Positions 27,016 to 39,698 of a stretch of 64,000 bases of DNA are shown here, one piece after another. The notes under the pieces were generated by a model. The model had not been told where the DNA came from and made no database searches. It saw nothing but the letters and a program-made list of their open reading frames with translations. The DNA is taken from assembly GCA_016748015.1 (NCBI GenBank), contig JAAOMT010000684.1:250874-314873 (forward strand), given 5' to 3'. This DNA comes from Geosiphon pyriformis uo1. Lineage: Eukaryota; Fungi; Glomeromycota. The translations under genes and the position numbers were made by a program. How positions within the stretch are numbered: the first letter of the stretch is position 1; the number at the start of each line of letters is the position of its first letter.

Positions 27016-27762
27016 ATGAAAAACACGAAGCCAAAAATGTCTCAGCATCCATGGATTCTATTTTACATATTTTCTCTTTTGTATTTGAGATTCGACGAGA
27101 AGATATGGATAGCAGAAGCAGCTTTATTCGCCCGAGATACGGAATGTTGTCTAACTGAACAAAACTTTGCATGTATAAAAGGATATTGTACTTTTCCTAA
27201 CGCAAATTTCGCTTCATCTTGTCAATCATGCGTTTCTTCAAATTTTTGTTCAATTTCTGGCTCTTGTATACCATTGGGACAATATGATGGAAGTTGTTGT
27301 AGAAACTCAGACGGTGATGTTTGTATGAAAGGAATCTGTACAAGCAGCACAAGCAATATCACATCAGTTAGAGACGATAAAGACTGTCGAGTTTGTTCAG
27401 ATCAAGGAAACATTTGCCAATCTAATGGACATTGTCTTTCACCTAGAGGAACCTTGGAAGGCTCAGGATCACAGTCAAATTGGCTTATCATTATATTAGT
27501 GCCAATTTTAATTACCGTTGCTTTATTTACTCTATATAAAATTTGGCGAAAAAAAGGTCTTCCAATGTGGGAGAATCAACAGTTGGAGGAAAAAGAAATT
27601 AATGAATTTCCGCCACCATATTCCACAGTTTCACCTCCTTCTTACACAAGTGCAATATCAAACGAACCATTTAACTCTAGGATAATTTCTGGTGGTACAA
27701 ACGAACAAACGATAATTGAGTCTGACCAAATTCAACGTCCTGAACAGGTTTTAACGACCTGA
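27016..27762 (+). CDS. Single-pass membrane protein with two 8-Cys extracellular repeats and cytosolic PY motifs
   Basis: N-terminal hydrophobic segment, two CC..C.KG.C..CxxC..C..C units, TM WLIIILVPILITVALFTLY, RKK, then PPPY and PPSY. Confidence 0.8.
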   Translation: MKNTKPKMSQHPWILFYIFSLLYLRFDEKIWIAEAALFARDTECCLTEQNFACIKGYCTFPNANFASSCQSCVSSNFCSISGSCIPLGQYDGSCCRNSDGDVCMKGICTSSTSNITSVRDDKDCRVCSDQGNICQSNGHCLSPRGTLEGSGSQSNWLIIILVPILITVALFTLYKIWRKKGLPMWENQQLEEKEINEFPPPYSTVSPPSYTSAISNEPFNSRIISGGTNEQTIIESDQIQRPEQVLTT

Positions 27763-28054
27763 ATATATTTTTTAACCAAACTAACAAAATAAAACTCTAA
27801 ATATTTCTTATTTTTCAACATAATTGTGTAATAATTATCAAAAATAGAATATATAGGAACTTCTCTATAATTAACTTTACGAAAACTATACTATCATAGT
27901 TATAATAATAATGGTAATATATACGCTGAAACTTTTTTAGTATACCCTGGTAGATCACAGATAATTTACGTCCAATTAAAATCAATCGCTGGAACGTTTT
28001 ATTAGTGCCCAATGCTTGACAACTAAAATAGCTTAATTAATCTCTTTCTTCATA

Positions 28055-29672
28055 ATGAAGCGAATTTTCAATCAACCTTTATCAAAAAGGTTCCAAAAAC
28101 GAAAACCTACATTTCTATTGAAGATCATATGGGTTTTGGCACTTTTATATGGCGAAGTCTTAATATTCTATTTGGCAATGCTGAAATGTCGCTGGCCGCT
28201 TGATAAAAAATGGGTAAATTTACGAACATTCAAGGATTATATGTTAAATTTTATCATACCGTTTATTTATTTTTTAAAAGAGATTTTTTCTCAGAACACA
28301 ACAAATTACCAGCCGTATCATATAGCCCTTATTGCTGACCCACAAATCATTGATCAATTCTCATATGGACGAACAGGAATCCTTCAATGGTTTTCAGAGA
28401 TTTTTCCCGATATGTATATGAGAAAGAATTGGAAAACTTTGCAGAGACAGTTACAACCCGATGCCTTTTTTGTTTTAGGAGATTTGATGGATGGGGGAAG
28501 AGAACTTAAGGATGATGAGTAAGCTATACTTCTAATTTAGTAAACGGATGATGGCTCATATTGGCATTAAAAATCCGACACAATATAGATGGGAAGCAGA
28601 ATCAGATCGGTACAGAAAACTATTGAGACCAAAAGACGAGACCAAAACTCCGATACACTATTTGGCTGGTAATCATGATTTCGGTTTCGGTAGCCGAATA
28701 ATTCCTACAGCTTATGCAAGATTTCGTCGATTCTATGGTAAAACGAATTATATAGTGACTTTGGGAAATCACAGTATAGTGGTCATCGATACAGTGTCTT
28801 TGAGTAGTGACAATGATGGTTTACAAGCTGAAGCTTTAGAATTAATTGAACGCATGAGAAAAGGTAAGTATTGAAAAATATATATTTTTGGGATTTTCTG
28901 ATGCAAAATCTGAAAATATTTTTCCGGGTTTGAACAGAGGAACGTAAAATACCTCGAATTCTCATGACACATATACCCCTTTACCGTCCACCCAACACTG
29001 ATTGTGGCCCTCTTCGTCAGAATAACCGATTCATCAACCAAGGGTCTGGTTATCAATACCAAAACTTGGTCACAGAGTCACTTTCGAATTTGATTTTAGA
29101 TAATGTTAAACCAAAGCTCATTTTTAGTGGAGATGATCATGATTATTGTGAAGTGCATCATTCACGAGGGGAAGGATCGATAGAAGTTACTTTGAATAGT
29201 TTTAGCTTTGCCATGGTAGGTTAGTTTTGTTCAAAATATTTTATTTCCATCTTCCATAAACATTTTTTTTGATTTATAGGGAGTCCCAAAACCAGGATTT
29301 TTGTTACTCAGTCTTCACAATCCACTTGATGCTGAATCAAATTCTACAACTATAGGCGAAAATAAAACTTCTGAAAAATCGAATTTAGCTTCCTATACCT
29401 ATTCACAATGTTTATTACCCAACCAGCTTGCAATTTACTTTGCTTATATATATATTTTCTTCGCTACTCTTTTTTGCATTATTTTGAACACCTGGTACCT
29501 TTCATGGAAAACTGAAGATAATCGTTTACCTATAACACACAAATTTCGAAAGAGGAGTCGATGGCACCCACTCAACCAGTTATTTTGGAAAGTAGTATTA
29601 ATACAACTCATGACGATTGGATTTTGGGGCTTAGTGACATTCTTATTTTCTTGGGTTTGGTGGGTCGTTTAG
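28055..29672 (+). CDS. CDC1: Cdc1/MPPE1-like metallophosphoesterase (GPI remodelling), multi-exon
   Basis: IADPQ, LGDLMDGGR, AGNHD, THIPLYR..CGPLR, GYQYQN, FSGDDHDYC and SFSFAMG, plus C-terminal TM helices. Confidence 0.9.
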
Positions 29673-30525
29673 CCATAGTTTATTCGATTTTAATTCATAG
29701 TTCCAAGGCCGTAAGAAAATTTTTATCAGCAATCACCTCATAGGGTTAAAAAATTGAAATCTTAACTGGAAAAATTACTCGGGTTTTTAATTACAAATCT
29801 TTCATGTACATAATTTTCAAAGTATTGAAAATAGTGAAAGCACAAAGAAAGTTTAACTCAAAAAACCATGCACATTTTTGAATTTAAAAATCCTGTTAGG
29901 AAAAAGATATTATTGTCTAACACCACATGTTGTATTTATATTTAAGACCATAAAACTTAAAGGTCATTAAAAATTAACAAAAGTATAGCATGCTTAGAAA
30001 ATTACTTCATAATTGGTTACCCAATTTCAATACGATTTCCAGAGTTTTGCGCCCAATAAGTAATACACTTTTAAATATTGATGCAAACCTTTTGACCCTC
30101 AACCTGAATATTTTCAAGACTAATCATTGGTACTTTTCTCAAAGATTATCATAAAGGATCTTGATTTAATCCATTTCCGATGATTATTGACATGCAAGGT
30201 AACTTTTAAACTCGTTCATTTTTAACTTTGAAATCAAAAGTTAAATGAATATAGCTATGTTCTACAACAGCAAAGCTTCATTATCTCAATAAACCTTCGC
30301 AAAAATGATCCTTAATTAAAACATACATGGTCATTCGGACCACATAAGGTATTGAAAGTTAGGATTGTCAAAAAAGTATTTTATGCTAAATATTAATCAG
30401 ATTAATGTTGGTTCATACTGAATTGAATGAACTCTTTTCTTTTAGAAAAAAAATCAGGATTGCCCTTTTGAAATATTCTCGTAAAAAGAATTTCATCATA
30501 AAGTGTCAGGGCTCAAAATCAAGAA

Positions 30526-31836
30526 ATGGAAATAATTGATGAAAAGAAAGAGCAAGTCTCGGTTACAAATACTAATTTAACGATTGATGATTTACCAGCT
30601 TCTGGAAATTTTACGCCAGCAACCAAAGAAGCTTCAGCGATAGTTGACGTAAAGACGACTAAACCGTTGACATTGATGAAAGGTTTCCGTAATAGTGTCA
30701 AATCACCTGGAGTAACAAGAAAAATTATCTTGATCCTCTCTGCACTAGTGCTCATCAATGTCGCGGTATGGATAGCCTCAGCCTTTGCCTTCCGAGAATA
30801 TCCAACTTTGATGGGTACCGCAGCTTTGGCATATACTCTTGGATTACGTCACGCGGTTGATGCTGATCATTTGGCTGCTATAGATAATGTCACTCGGAAA
30901 CTTCTTCAGTCAGGAGAACAGTCAGTATCTGTTGGATTTTTCTTTTCACTTGGACATTCTACGATCGTAGTCATCGCTTCAATAGCAATCGCTGCTACTG
31001 CCGCAGCAATCCAAGATAAACTTGAGAGTTTCAAAGTAATTGGTGGCATAATTGGTGTTTCAGTCTCAACCCTATTTCTCTTTTTGATTGGGATTTTGAA
31101 CACTTTTGTTTTCATCTCGATCTATCGTTCCTTCCGACGGTTACAACGTACTGGCAATTACGAAGAAGAAGACATTAATGAAATCCTGAATAAAAGTGGA
31201 CTTTTGGGAAGATTTTTTGCGCCAATGTATCGTTTTGTTGATGCAAGTTGGAAAATGTACCCTCTTGGTTTCCTATTCGGTCTTGGATTTGATACCAGTA
31301 GTGAAGTTGGATTATTAGGTATTTCGGCATTTCAAGCCAACCAGGGACTCTCAGTTTGGCTAATATTATTTTTTCCCCTATTATTCACATCTGGAATGGC
31401 ATTAATTGATACGGCGGATGGAATTTTGATGTTGGGTACTTATACATGGGCATACATTAACCCCTTCCGCAAGCTATACTATAATCTCGTAATTACACTA
31501 CTCTCAATTCTTGTTGCATTTGTAATTGGTACCATTGAATTACTTAGTATTCTTGGGGACAAATTGAACCTTGAAGGAGGCTTTTGGGATTTCTTTGGTA
31601 AATTGGGTGAGGGATTTGGTACAATCGGGTATATTATTATTGGATTATTTGTCTTTGTACTTGTTTTTTCCATGATTTATTATAGGTGGGCAGGATATGC
31701 AGATTTGGAAAAGACTCTTGCTAATCGAAATCAAGACAATAGTGATATGACAATGGAGGATGTTTATAGTGTGGAACAGTCACAATCAATTGATCATTGT
31801 GATGAAGCGATAAATGAGAAGAAAGATGTACCATAG
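30526..31836 (+). CDS. nic1: High-affinity nickel permease, NiCoT (HoxN/NixA/Nic1) family
   Basis: Intronless 436-aa ORF with signatures RHAVDADHLAAIDNVTR, FSLGHSTIV and GFLFGLGFDTSSE. Confidence 0.95.
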   Translation: MEIIDEKKEQVSVTNTNLTIDDLPASGNFTPATKEASAIVDVKTTKPLTLMKGFRNSVKSPGVTRKIILILSALVLINVAVWIASAFAFREYPTLMGTAALAYTLGLRHAVDADHLAAIDNVTRKLLQSGEQSVSVGFFFSLGHSTIVVIASIAIAATAAAIQDKLESFKVIGGIIGVSVSTLFLFLIGILNTFVFISIYRSFRRLQRTGNYEEEDINEILNKSGLLGRFFAPMYRFVDASWKMYPLGFLFGLGFDTSSEVGLLGISAFQANQGLSVWLILFFPLLFTSGMALIDTADGILMLGTYTWAYINPFRKLYYNLVITLLSILVAFVIGTIELLSILGDKLNLEGGFWDFFGKLGEGFGTIGYIIIGLFVFVLVFSMIYYRWAGYADLEKTLANRNQDNSDMTMEDVYSVEQSQSIDHCDEAINEKKDVP

Positions 31837-32338
31837 TTTATAAGGTTATTCTTTTTTGAGATAACCAATTTTATTTTCGTTTGAAGATCTGATTAAAGAA
31901 AAATAAAGCTCATTCATCCTGAGAATGGTAATGAGATTTTTTTATTTCATGGTAAAATATCATTTTGAACGAAATACAATTTAGTTTCGGATACCCAAGG
32001 GCTGTGATTAAGAGGTCTGCTAATTTAAATTGCTCTAGCTGGTTAGTTTAATGAATCCTATTGGGTCAATTAAAATATGAAAATGGGTATCACCTATCCA
32101 GTGCTAAACTCGAACACAAGATTGTTTTTAGGACTATGAGGGCGAGCCCCTTTTTCGAGGGTGCCTTACATCATTTGTGAGACTTTTATAATTTATTGGT
32201 TTCAGGTTTTTAACATTAAAATATTAGAGATTAAATTACAAAATTTTGGGGGAAACTCATTTATAGTACATGATGAGAAAATGTATATCTTACAAATGCC
32301 TTTATAAATTCTATGTATAATATGCCAAGTAATTCTAT

Positions 32339-33795
32339 CTATGACCCATTTTTGATTCTTTTTACATTCATCTGATTTAACATGTCTACTACTTTGAACA
32401 AATCACTTTGCCAATAATAATCGACTCGTACACGATAGATATAGGGAAAAACGGGATAACAAAGATTTGAAGTGATGCTCAAAAGTTCATAATTCACATC
32501 AATTGCAAGGTTTCTCAAACAGACCGATCCAATTTTTTCTTTTTTTTCGATAGACCTTAATATATATTCAGGACTTGCTCCAACTCTATAGAATTAACAA
32601 GGTTTTTAAAAATTGATCAGAAAAATAAAAGTTGACGAAGTTTTAAGTCTTACGTTTGATCAATTGTTTGCCATCGGGCGAAATCAAGGTTCTTCATGTC
32701 CTCTTCAATAAATTTTTTAGCTTTATCAGGCGCACACCATTCTGCAAAACTGGAATTCAATTGAGCAGCGGTTTCAACCTTTTCCGTATATGTATAAGAA
32801 TTAACAAACCAATCTGCTGTGTTCTGTATCCAAGGTTTTCGATCAGGTGTTGAATTGTATAATCCTGATCCAAACCAAACTACGATTCTTTGACCACTCT
32901 TAATCATTTTTCCCAAAGTAGGCCAAGCTTCTTTCTTTGTATTTCTTATGTAAATCATTGATTCGCCGCCACTTGCAAAGTATTCTTCTAACTTTGACTG
33001 AAGATGAGAGGAAATTATTTTTTTATCTCCATCAGTGTCACCAAATTCAATTGATATAACTTCATTGGGATTCGATTTGAGGAAATCCCGCATTTGGGTA
33101 AAAGTTGGGTCGAGGCCTTCACCTATGGCACGAATATTACCCATTCCATGACAATTCACAACCTCGTTGTTGTCAAGTAAGCATGTATCGAAATCGAATA
33201 GTCTTATTCCTATTTTCAAAAAAATTAGCAAAGCTCTGATTTATCTATCTAAAAGGGAAGCTTTATAAAAAGGATCTAGATTGTAAATTTGCCTGACTTA
33301 CCATCTTTTAGTTGAGTAGCAATATTATGTTGGGGATTATTTTCCCAAAAGCATTCTACCGCAAGAGGCGGAAATGATTTCTCACATACTTTTTCCAAAG
33401 GTTGGCATATTCCGGGGACTTGAAATTTACTTTTACATAGTTTTATAGTTGAATTGCAATCATATTTCAAGTTATATGTCCCGCTATTATGCGTCCCAGC
33501 GTGTGTCTTTATTTTAAAAAAAATGTTAAATAGTGGTCTTAGTTTTTAATATCTTTGATTCCGCGAAAAGGGAAAACCCAAATTCTTATAATATATTACT
33601 TACCACTTGATCATATCGCAGATCACAAATATCAGCGTTGCCATTGCAAAGTAGGAGTTCTTTCGAACTGGGAGATTTACTTGTAAAGGATAGATGATAG
33701 GCAAAGACAATTTGTTGGGTATGGAAAATTTGCATCATTATGAAAGCACAAATGATCTGAACCAAAAGATAGTCTGATTTTAGCGAGAACCACAT
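32339..33795 (-). CDS. Secreted PI-PLC X-domain-like (PLC-like phosphodiesterase) protein, 4 exons
   Basis: Signal peptide, CNGNADICDLRYDQV|THAGTHNS, QLKDG|IRLFDFD, FLKSNPNEVISI, WPTLGKMIKSGQRIVVW and VRVDYY; TAG at 32341-32339. Confidence 0.85.
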
Positions 33796-35130
33796 TTTTT
33801 TGGTTAAGAAATTGATGGATTTTTTTTATTGCGTCGAGAATTTGGTGAACAAATTTTTTTGCAGAAAAAGTCAAAACTCAATAGACATTTAAATAGTTTT
33901 TGATTTCATGACCAAAAGAAACGGACATTCAAAAGATTTACTTTACGCGGCCATTGTCTTCTCGAAAATTGAAACGTTTTGTTTTGATGGAATTTTTTCT
34001 TTAGCAGAACACAAAATACGTTTTAAATTGACCATTTTTGGTAATTGTAATGCTTTGTTTGAAAATTTAGTTGATATAGATATGCACGGATTATCGGATA
34101 TTAAAGACATTTCCCAATGGAAATTTTATATTATATACCAAAAAAGGCTTCCAAGTAAATTCATATCGGACCATTTCAATGGAGTGGGAGAACAAGATGA
34201 TATAATATTTGAATTGAAATGAAAATTCATTATGGAGACTTGAAGATTTTATTCCAAAAAGGTAAAGTTTTAAAATGTATAATAAGAAGTATGACAATGG
34301 TTTCAGACAAAATTAGAAAACCTAAGCATTCGATAAAGTACTCGCTAACCCAGAATCTTATTTAATCAAAGAAATTATCGAATCTCAAAGTTGAAAAGTA
34401 TGTCTTTAGTTTTCAACCTACTTGATTCAACCTTAGCTTGCTTACAAATCTTTGAAAAATCTGGTTTTAATTAATTTAAAATACATGACCTAACCTATTT
34501 TGAGGGAAAACTTTGAAGCCCTGTTTAATATTTGGTCTTTGCATTTCAGAAAGGCTCAGAATTAATAGTGATCAAGTAGACAATAAAATTGGGGAAGTTT
34601 GTCAAACGTACCAGATTTAATGAAAAAATATTTAGATCTGTTTAATCGCAATTATTTTTATGGATAGCAAATTTTTAGAGTCTTTTATTAATAGAATTTA
34701 TAAAAGGTTTGTATTTCTAACAAAAGAATTGCTTGATTTGCTGGTTTTATTTTTGGAATAAGTCTTGAAAAAAAATTTCAGACATTGGATTTCATTTCAA
34801 TTAAAAAACACATGAATAGCAGCTCTTAAGGCAAAAAATTTATCTATCCTTATAACCAATTCAGTCTTTATTAATCCCGAACATTCTATCAGAGCTGAAT
34901 TTTTTCATTTTAGTTCACATTTCTGTGAGAAATTATGAGATTCCCGATTTCATGAACGATTTTAATTGTTTCTTTCCAAAATGAGAGTATTACTAGTTTG
35001 ACTATTTTGTTCCATGCAGGTTAGAAACATACCTGATTTTCTCGCATAGAAGTGATACCCTCCAAATATCATGTGAATCGTACAATTCTTTGAGAACTTG
35101 TATGACCCGATTGTTCTAAGAGATTGTACG

Positions 35131-35273
35131 GTCTTGACATTGAACAATCGTTTTCTCAAATTCCCACGTACAAAACCACAAATAAACCATTTTAAGCGAT
35201 AGTCTTGACATTAAACAATCGTTTTCTCAAATTCCCACGTACAAACCATTTTATTTAACCATTTTAAGCGATA
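35131..35273 (+). repeat. Tandem duplication of about 71 bp upstream of the metallothionein gene
   Basis: GTCTTGACATT(G/A)AACAATCGTTTTCTCAAATTCCCACGTACAAA...AACCATTTTAAGCGATA occurs at 35131 and again at 35202. Confidence 0.92.
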
Positions 35274-35461
35274 GGGATGCAAATTTAAGTTTCGATCTCG
35301 CTTTTTAATTATTAGCAAAAGCAAAAGTTGGGGGCTTTGAGCATGTGTGTTCTATATTACACGCAATTATAAATTGTCTTCCTCTGAACCAAATTCCCAA
35401 TTATAATTTGTTTGATCAAAACGTCAAAAAACTTTTGAAACAAAATTTCAATCAGAATAAA

Positions 35462-35688
35462 ATGCATCTTGAAGAGATTCAAAAAGACATAACCCTCACA
35501 AACGATGAGGATGGGCCACCTTGTGGAAATAGGTATGTGTTTTATTGTAGATAATAAATATTTGTTTGATAAAATTTCAAAAATTGAAATCACTTCCAGC
35601 GGTATATTTATTTTCATAATTTATTTGATATAGTGCTTGCAATTGTGGCTCATATTGTGGTTGTCGTCCGGGTGAATGCAAATGTTGA
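35462..35688 (+). CDS. Metallothionein, 41 aa, 2 exons (35462-35532, 35634-35688)
   Basis: Splicing GTATGT...TATAG gives MHLEEIQKDITLTNDEDGPPCGNSACNCGSYCGCRPGECKC*: 7 Cys with three CxC motifs and a terminal CKC. Confidence 0.9.
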
Positions 35689-36527
35689 GCGACATAATTC
35701 TACACGGAACAAAATATTGATATTACTTAAATATACTTTTTTGATCATTGACAAAATTCCTTCTTTATTTCTCTGAACTTCATTTATGGCAATAGATGTC
35801 GAGGGGATTTAAGGTCCTTTTATGTTAAATTAAAAAACTAGGATTTATAACAATCTTAAATTTGTATGAAGTATTGATTTGTCACCTTACAGATATTTTG
35901 AAAAGATATTAAAATTTTATTTTAATGTTTGAAATTCTAAAGTTGGGAGAATGGATAGGGTAATATTTAAATAAACCCGTGGTATGGGGTGAACTAAATT
36001 TTGATATTAAATTCCCTGAGCCACAACTGATTCTACTTTGAAAAGGAGCTAAAATTTTTTCGAAAAAGTTTTAAGGAAAACAAATATAATCAAAAATATT
36101 ACTTTGCACAAAATGGCAAAAACAAAATTTACCTCCGCATTTAATATATTTGAGCTTAAGATTATTAACTAACAAATTTATTTGTGATGAAAAACAAATA
36201 TCCAATAATTCTTCATGGTTCATGGTAATGCCTTGATGTTTTTTAACATTTAAACATATATTATTATTATTTTATTATTATTAAAAAATATTAATATTCC
36301 AAAATACAAATTAATCAGCAAAGCTTTTTCATACTTTTTTTTTATTAAAAGACTTTATTTATTCAAATAAAACTAATAAAACATAATTGATTTTTAATTA
36401 AATTTTGTTAGTGTTAATTTAATAATAAATATTACGTTTTGAACAAAAAATTTTTATTAAGCGTAATTTGTATTTAAAATTAATTTAACAAAAATTTTTT
36501 TAAATATAGTTTTGCAACACTTGAAAA

Positions 36528-36566
<39 letters not shown>
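36528..36566. repeat. (TTA)n microsatellite
   Basis: Directly visible pure run. Confidence 0.9.
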
Positions 36567-36568
<2 letters not shown>

Positions 36569-36940
36569 ACATTATGGTTTTTCTATTTTTTTATTACACA
36601 TATTTTAGAAATAATAAAAACTATAAATATTTATGTTTTTAATTATAATAATTAACAAATTTAAAAAAAAATTCATAATTTGTTACTATTGAATTGTTTT
36701 TTTTAGCTTGAAAATATATTTTTTATTTTTTATTTTTTTATTTTGATTCTTGCAATAATATTCCAAAAAAATGTTTGTTTGTTGATTAGCAAACCAATAT
36801 AATAATTAGAAAGCTATTTGTTTTTTAATGTACAAAAAAAAAGAATTGACTTATTTTATAAAATTTTATTAAAACAGCTCAAGGCAGTTGTGTATAATGC
36901 CAACTTTTTTAAAATCTTGGAAAAATTTTTAGAAAAAATA

Positions 36941-37123
36941 AGGTAAAAAGGTGGTATTTTGACGAATTTAATAATTTGTGATGGGGTCATGGTAAAAAAT
37001 CCCATTTTATTCAAGTGAGAAAATGCTATTCTTTCACGCGTATTATTCCTGCATTTGAATTTATTTTGCAAACTTTGTCACAATACTTTATTCGCCATTC
37101 GCCAAAATACACCCTTTGTACCT
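36941..37123. mobile_element. Putative MITE of about 183 bp with imperfect TIRs and TA flanks
   Basis: Left end AGGTAAAAAGGTGGTATTTTGACGAAT versus reverse complement of right end AGGTACAAAGGGTGTATTTTGGCGAAT (23/27 identical); TA on both sides. Confidence 0.65.
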
Positions 37124-38582
37124 TAAGTTATACTTTAAAAAACGTAAAAATTAAGTTATGAATTTAATAATTATAAATAATAATACTGTTAGACCAGTTA
37201 TTTTCTTCATATAAAAATTGTTTCTTTGACTTGTGTTTAGATCATCTTTGTAAATTCATTTTCAGTTTTTGGCTAGATCTCCGAAAAGCAAGATATATAC
37301 TTTTTTTATTAATTGACTGAAACATTTCCAACATGCTGGTGCTGCAATGTGTAAACGAAATACAGCTTTATTTTTCTCTTTTTCATTCATGGAATACTAA
37401 ATTAATATTTAAACTTTGTGACTGTGCTTTAATTGGATGCCAATATTTTATATCTAAAATTTTCATGCAGACTAATGCTTCTGTATGACCCTTGTACTGC
37501 CACAAAACATGGTAAAATAAACAAAAGAATGTGGCTATCACGATTAAAACAATAAAACTTTCTTCCGCGAAATAAAAGAACCCTCCCCCCGACATATGTG
37601 GTTACTAAACAGATTCCGCCATATATTCCCATTTCAATCAGAAATCTTCATTGTGAATTTATTCTAATCCTTGTGTTCGATTGCGATAATTATGACAAAA
37701 AATTTCTTTAAAGGGAACAATGTTTCTAATTATTAAAATTACATTTTTTGATGTCGAATTTTTTTGAAAATATCATGGGTATTTTTAAAAATTTTTCGGG
37801 GTTATTGAGGCTGGTCCCATAGGTAGGGTCGTGTTTTAACAAACAGTAAAAATGATACGGAGCCAAAAAGTTAAAAAACATTTGGAGGAACACAGGATAG
37901 TATCACTTTATTAACCATCCAATCCGGAATAACCCTGAACACCTATTTAAGTGAATAAAGGCAGATGTCGTGGGTATTGATATGCAGCGTGGCCAGCATG
38001 CACTGCAATTGTTTACCATGCATTGAGCTCCGAAAAACGAATATCACTCGGGTCATTCACTTTTTGGAAATAGAAACATGTTCATGCCAAAAAAAATCCG
38101 AATTTTGTTTCACTGCACGAGCCCAATTTACTCAATTTATTATTTCAGTGTCCTAGTGCTGGTGCTGGTTTTTTTTGTTTGTTTTCAATGAACCTCTTTT
38201 GAGGAGGGAAACAAATATTCTGGGCCGCTTTTAGCTAAAATCTTTGGCTATATTAAAAATGAAAAAAACAAAATAATTATTGTACCTAAATCGCTGTTAG
38301 ATCGGGTGTTCATTCTCCTAAATCATACTCCAATTTCTTATAAATATCCCTGCTGTTCGTACCGTGCTCTTGATGTTCTCAACGTTCCATTTGTTTTTCA
38401 TTAAATCCCTGCCTAATCAAAGGAGCGTCACCAATCATTGAGATATTATTAAATTTTCATTGCACACAATAACATTCTTGACATCGATCAATTATTTACC
38501 TTTGGCCTCGTTATTAAAATTTTCGGGAAAAAACACAACTTCGACTAAAACCAAAACCTTTTTTCTTTAACAACCTTCGAAG

Positions 38583-39033
38583 ATGGAATATAAATCTTAT
38601 TCTCTTAAACGAAAACTCGACTCTGACGAAGGAAACCAAGAGGTTAATTTAACGAATTATCTCAAGCTCCAGTGACCATCCTTTTTCAAATTGAAATTTT
38701 TTAACATAGGTTTTATCACTTACTTAGGAAACATACGCGTTTAAACGTCATAACCATTATAATACCTATATTCAATCCAACAGTTCATCGAGTGTATCGA
38801 CCCCTACAACGGAAGATGACATGGAAATTGACTCTCCACTCTTCGTTAACCCATCTTCGACTGTTGCATTTAACACCAATCCAAACCAATTTCATCATCA
38901 CCAAACTGACGTATTACCTGCCACCATGATGAGCTCAATAAAAAATAACAATCCACGTAGCACTGTTTGTGTTAAGAATATTCAAAAGGAAAAGATAATT
39001 CGCTTAGTTGGCATAGGTGGATATATGTTGTGA
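38583..39033 (+). CDS. Small, probably disordered protein of unknown function (2 exons)
   Basis: MEYKSYSLKRKLDSDEGNQE, GT..TTAG intron, then ETYAFKRH... in frame with ORF 38821-39033. KRK suggests an NLS. The 3' end is uncertain. Confidence 0.55.
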
Positions 39034-39698
39034 TAATTCCAGAGATTTACCAATCATGAATCTTTTGATCAATTGTCATTTTCATAAGCTCAGATGAGAT
39101 TGCCGCAAAAAGTCCTAGTATAGAGTTGAGAACTTTTGTAAATAGCACTTTATTCATTTCCATAATACCAGTTTTCCAAATTAGTTTTAATCAATTTATT
39201 CAAATTTGGAACACTTTTTCTTTTTATTTCCTTTTTTTTTTCGTTTCTATTATTTGTTTTTTTGTTTCCATCTAATCACAAATTAATTGATAAGCGTTTT
39301 CCATTCAAAGTGGTTTAAGCTTATGCTTTGCTTTGGAAATATGGAGTGAAATTTCTTTTTATCAAACTAGTTTTGATCTATGATAACTTTTTAAATTCAT
39401 CTCAATAATAAACAGGTTAAAAATTTTACAAAAATTGGCAATTATCTACCAGCGGGTATATTACTATTTCAACAAAACCTCATCACAAGAGATTATTTTG
39501 TTAAAAAGCTTGAATTTTGGTTTCTTTATATCATACATGAAATTCTTGCTAAGAATTTTGGCAAAAAGTCGAGAATTTTTCCCAGTTCAAGTTTATGATT
39601 AGAAAATCTGCTTGCATGTAATGAATGAATGAAGTCTAGTCTTTGAAAAATGATTTCATATTTCAAATCCTGTTATGGCATAAGAAATTCGTAAACTT

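Noticed and set aside
30526-31836. Recent bacterial transfer of the intronless NiCoT gene
   Set aside because: Nic1-type permeases are established in fungi and the composition matches neighbouring genes; a phylogeny would be needed.
33908-34297. Intergenic ORFs 33908-34222 and 34091-34297 (similarly 1961-2146 and 44669-44917)
   Set aside because: No recognisable domain or exon structure.
35131-35273. CRISPR-like interpretation of the direct repeat
   Set aside because: Only two adjacent units, no unique spacers, eukaryotic context and no cas genes.
37383-37632. Two overlapping small minus-strand ORFs, one with a hydrophobic stretch
   Set aside because: No motif or splice support; cannot be distinguished from chance.
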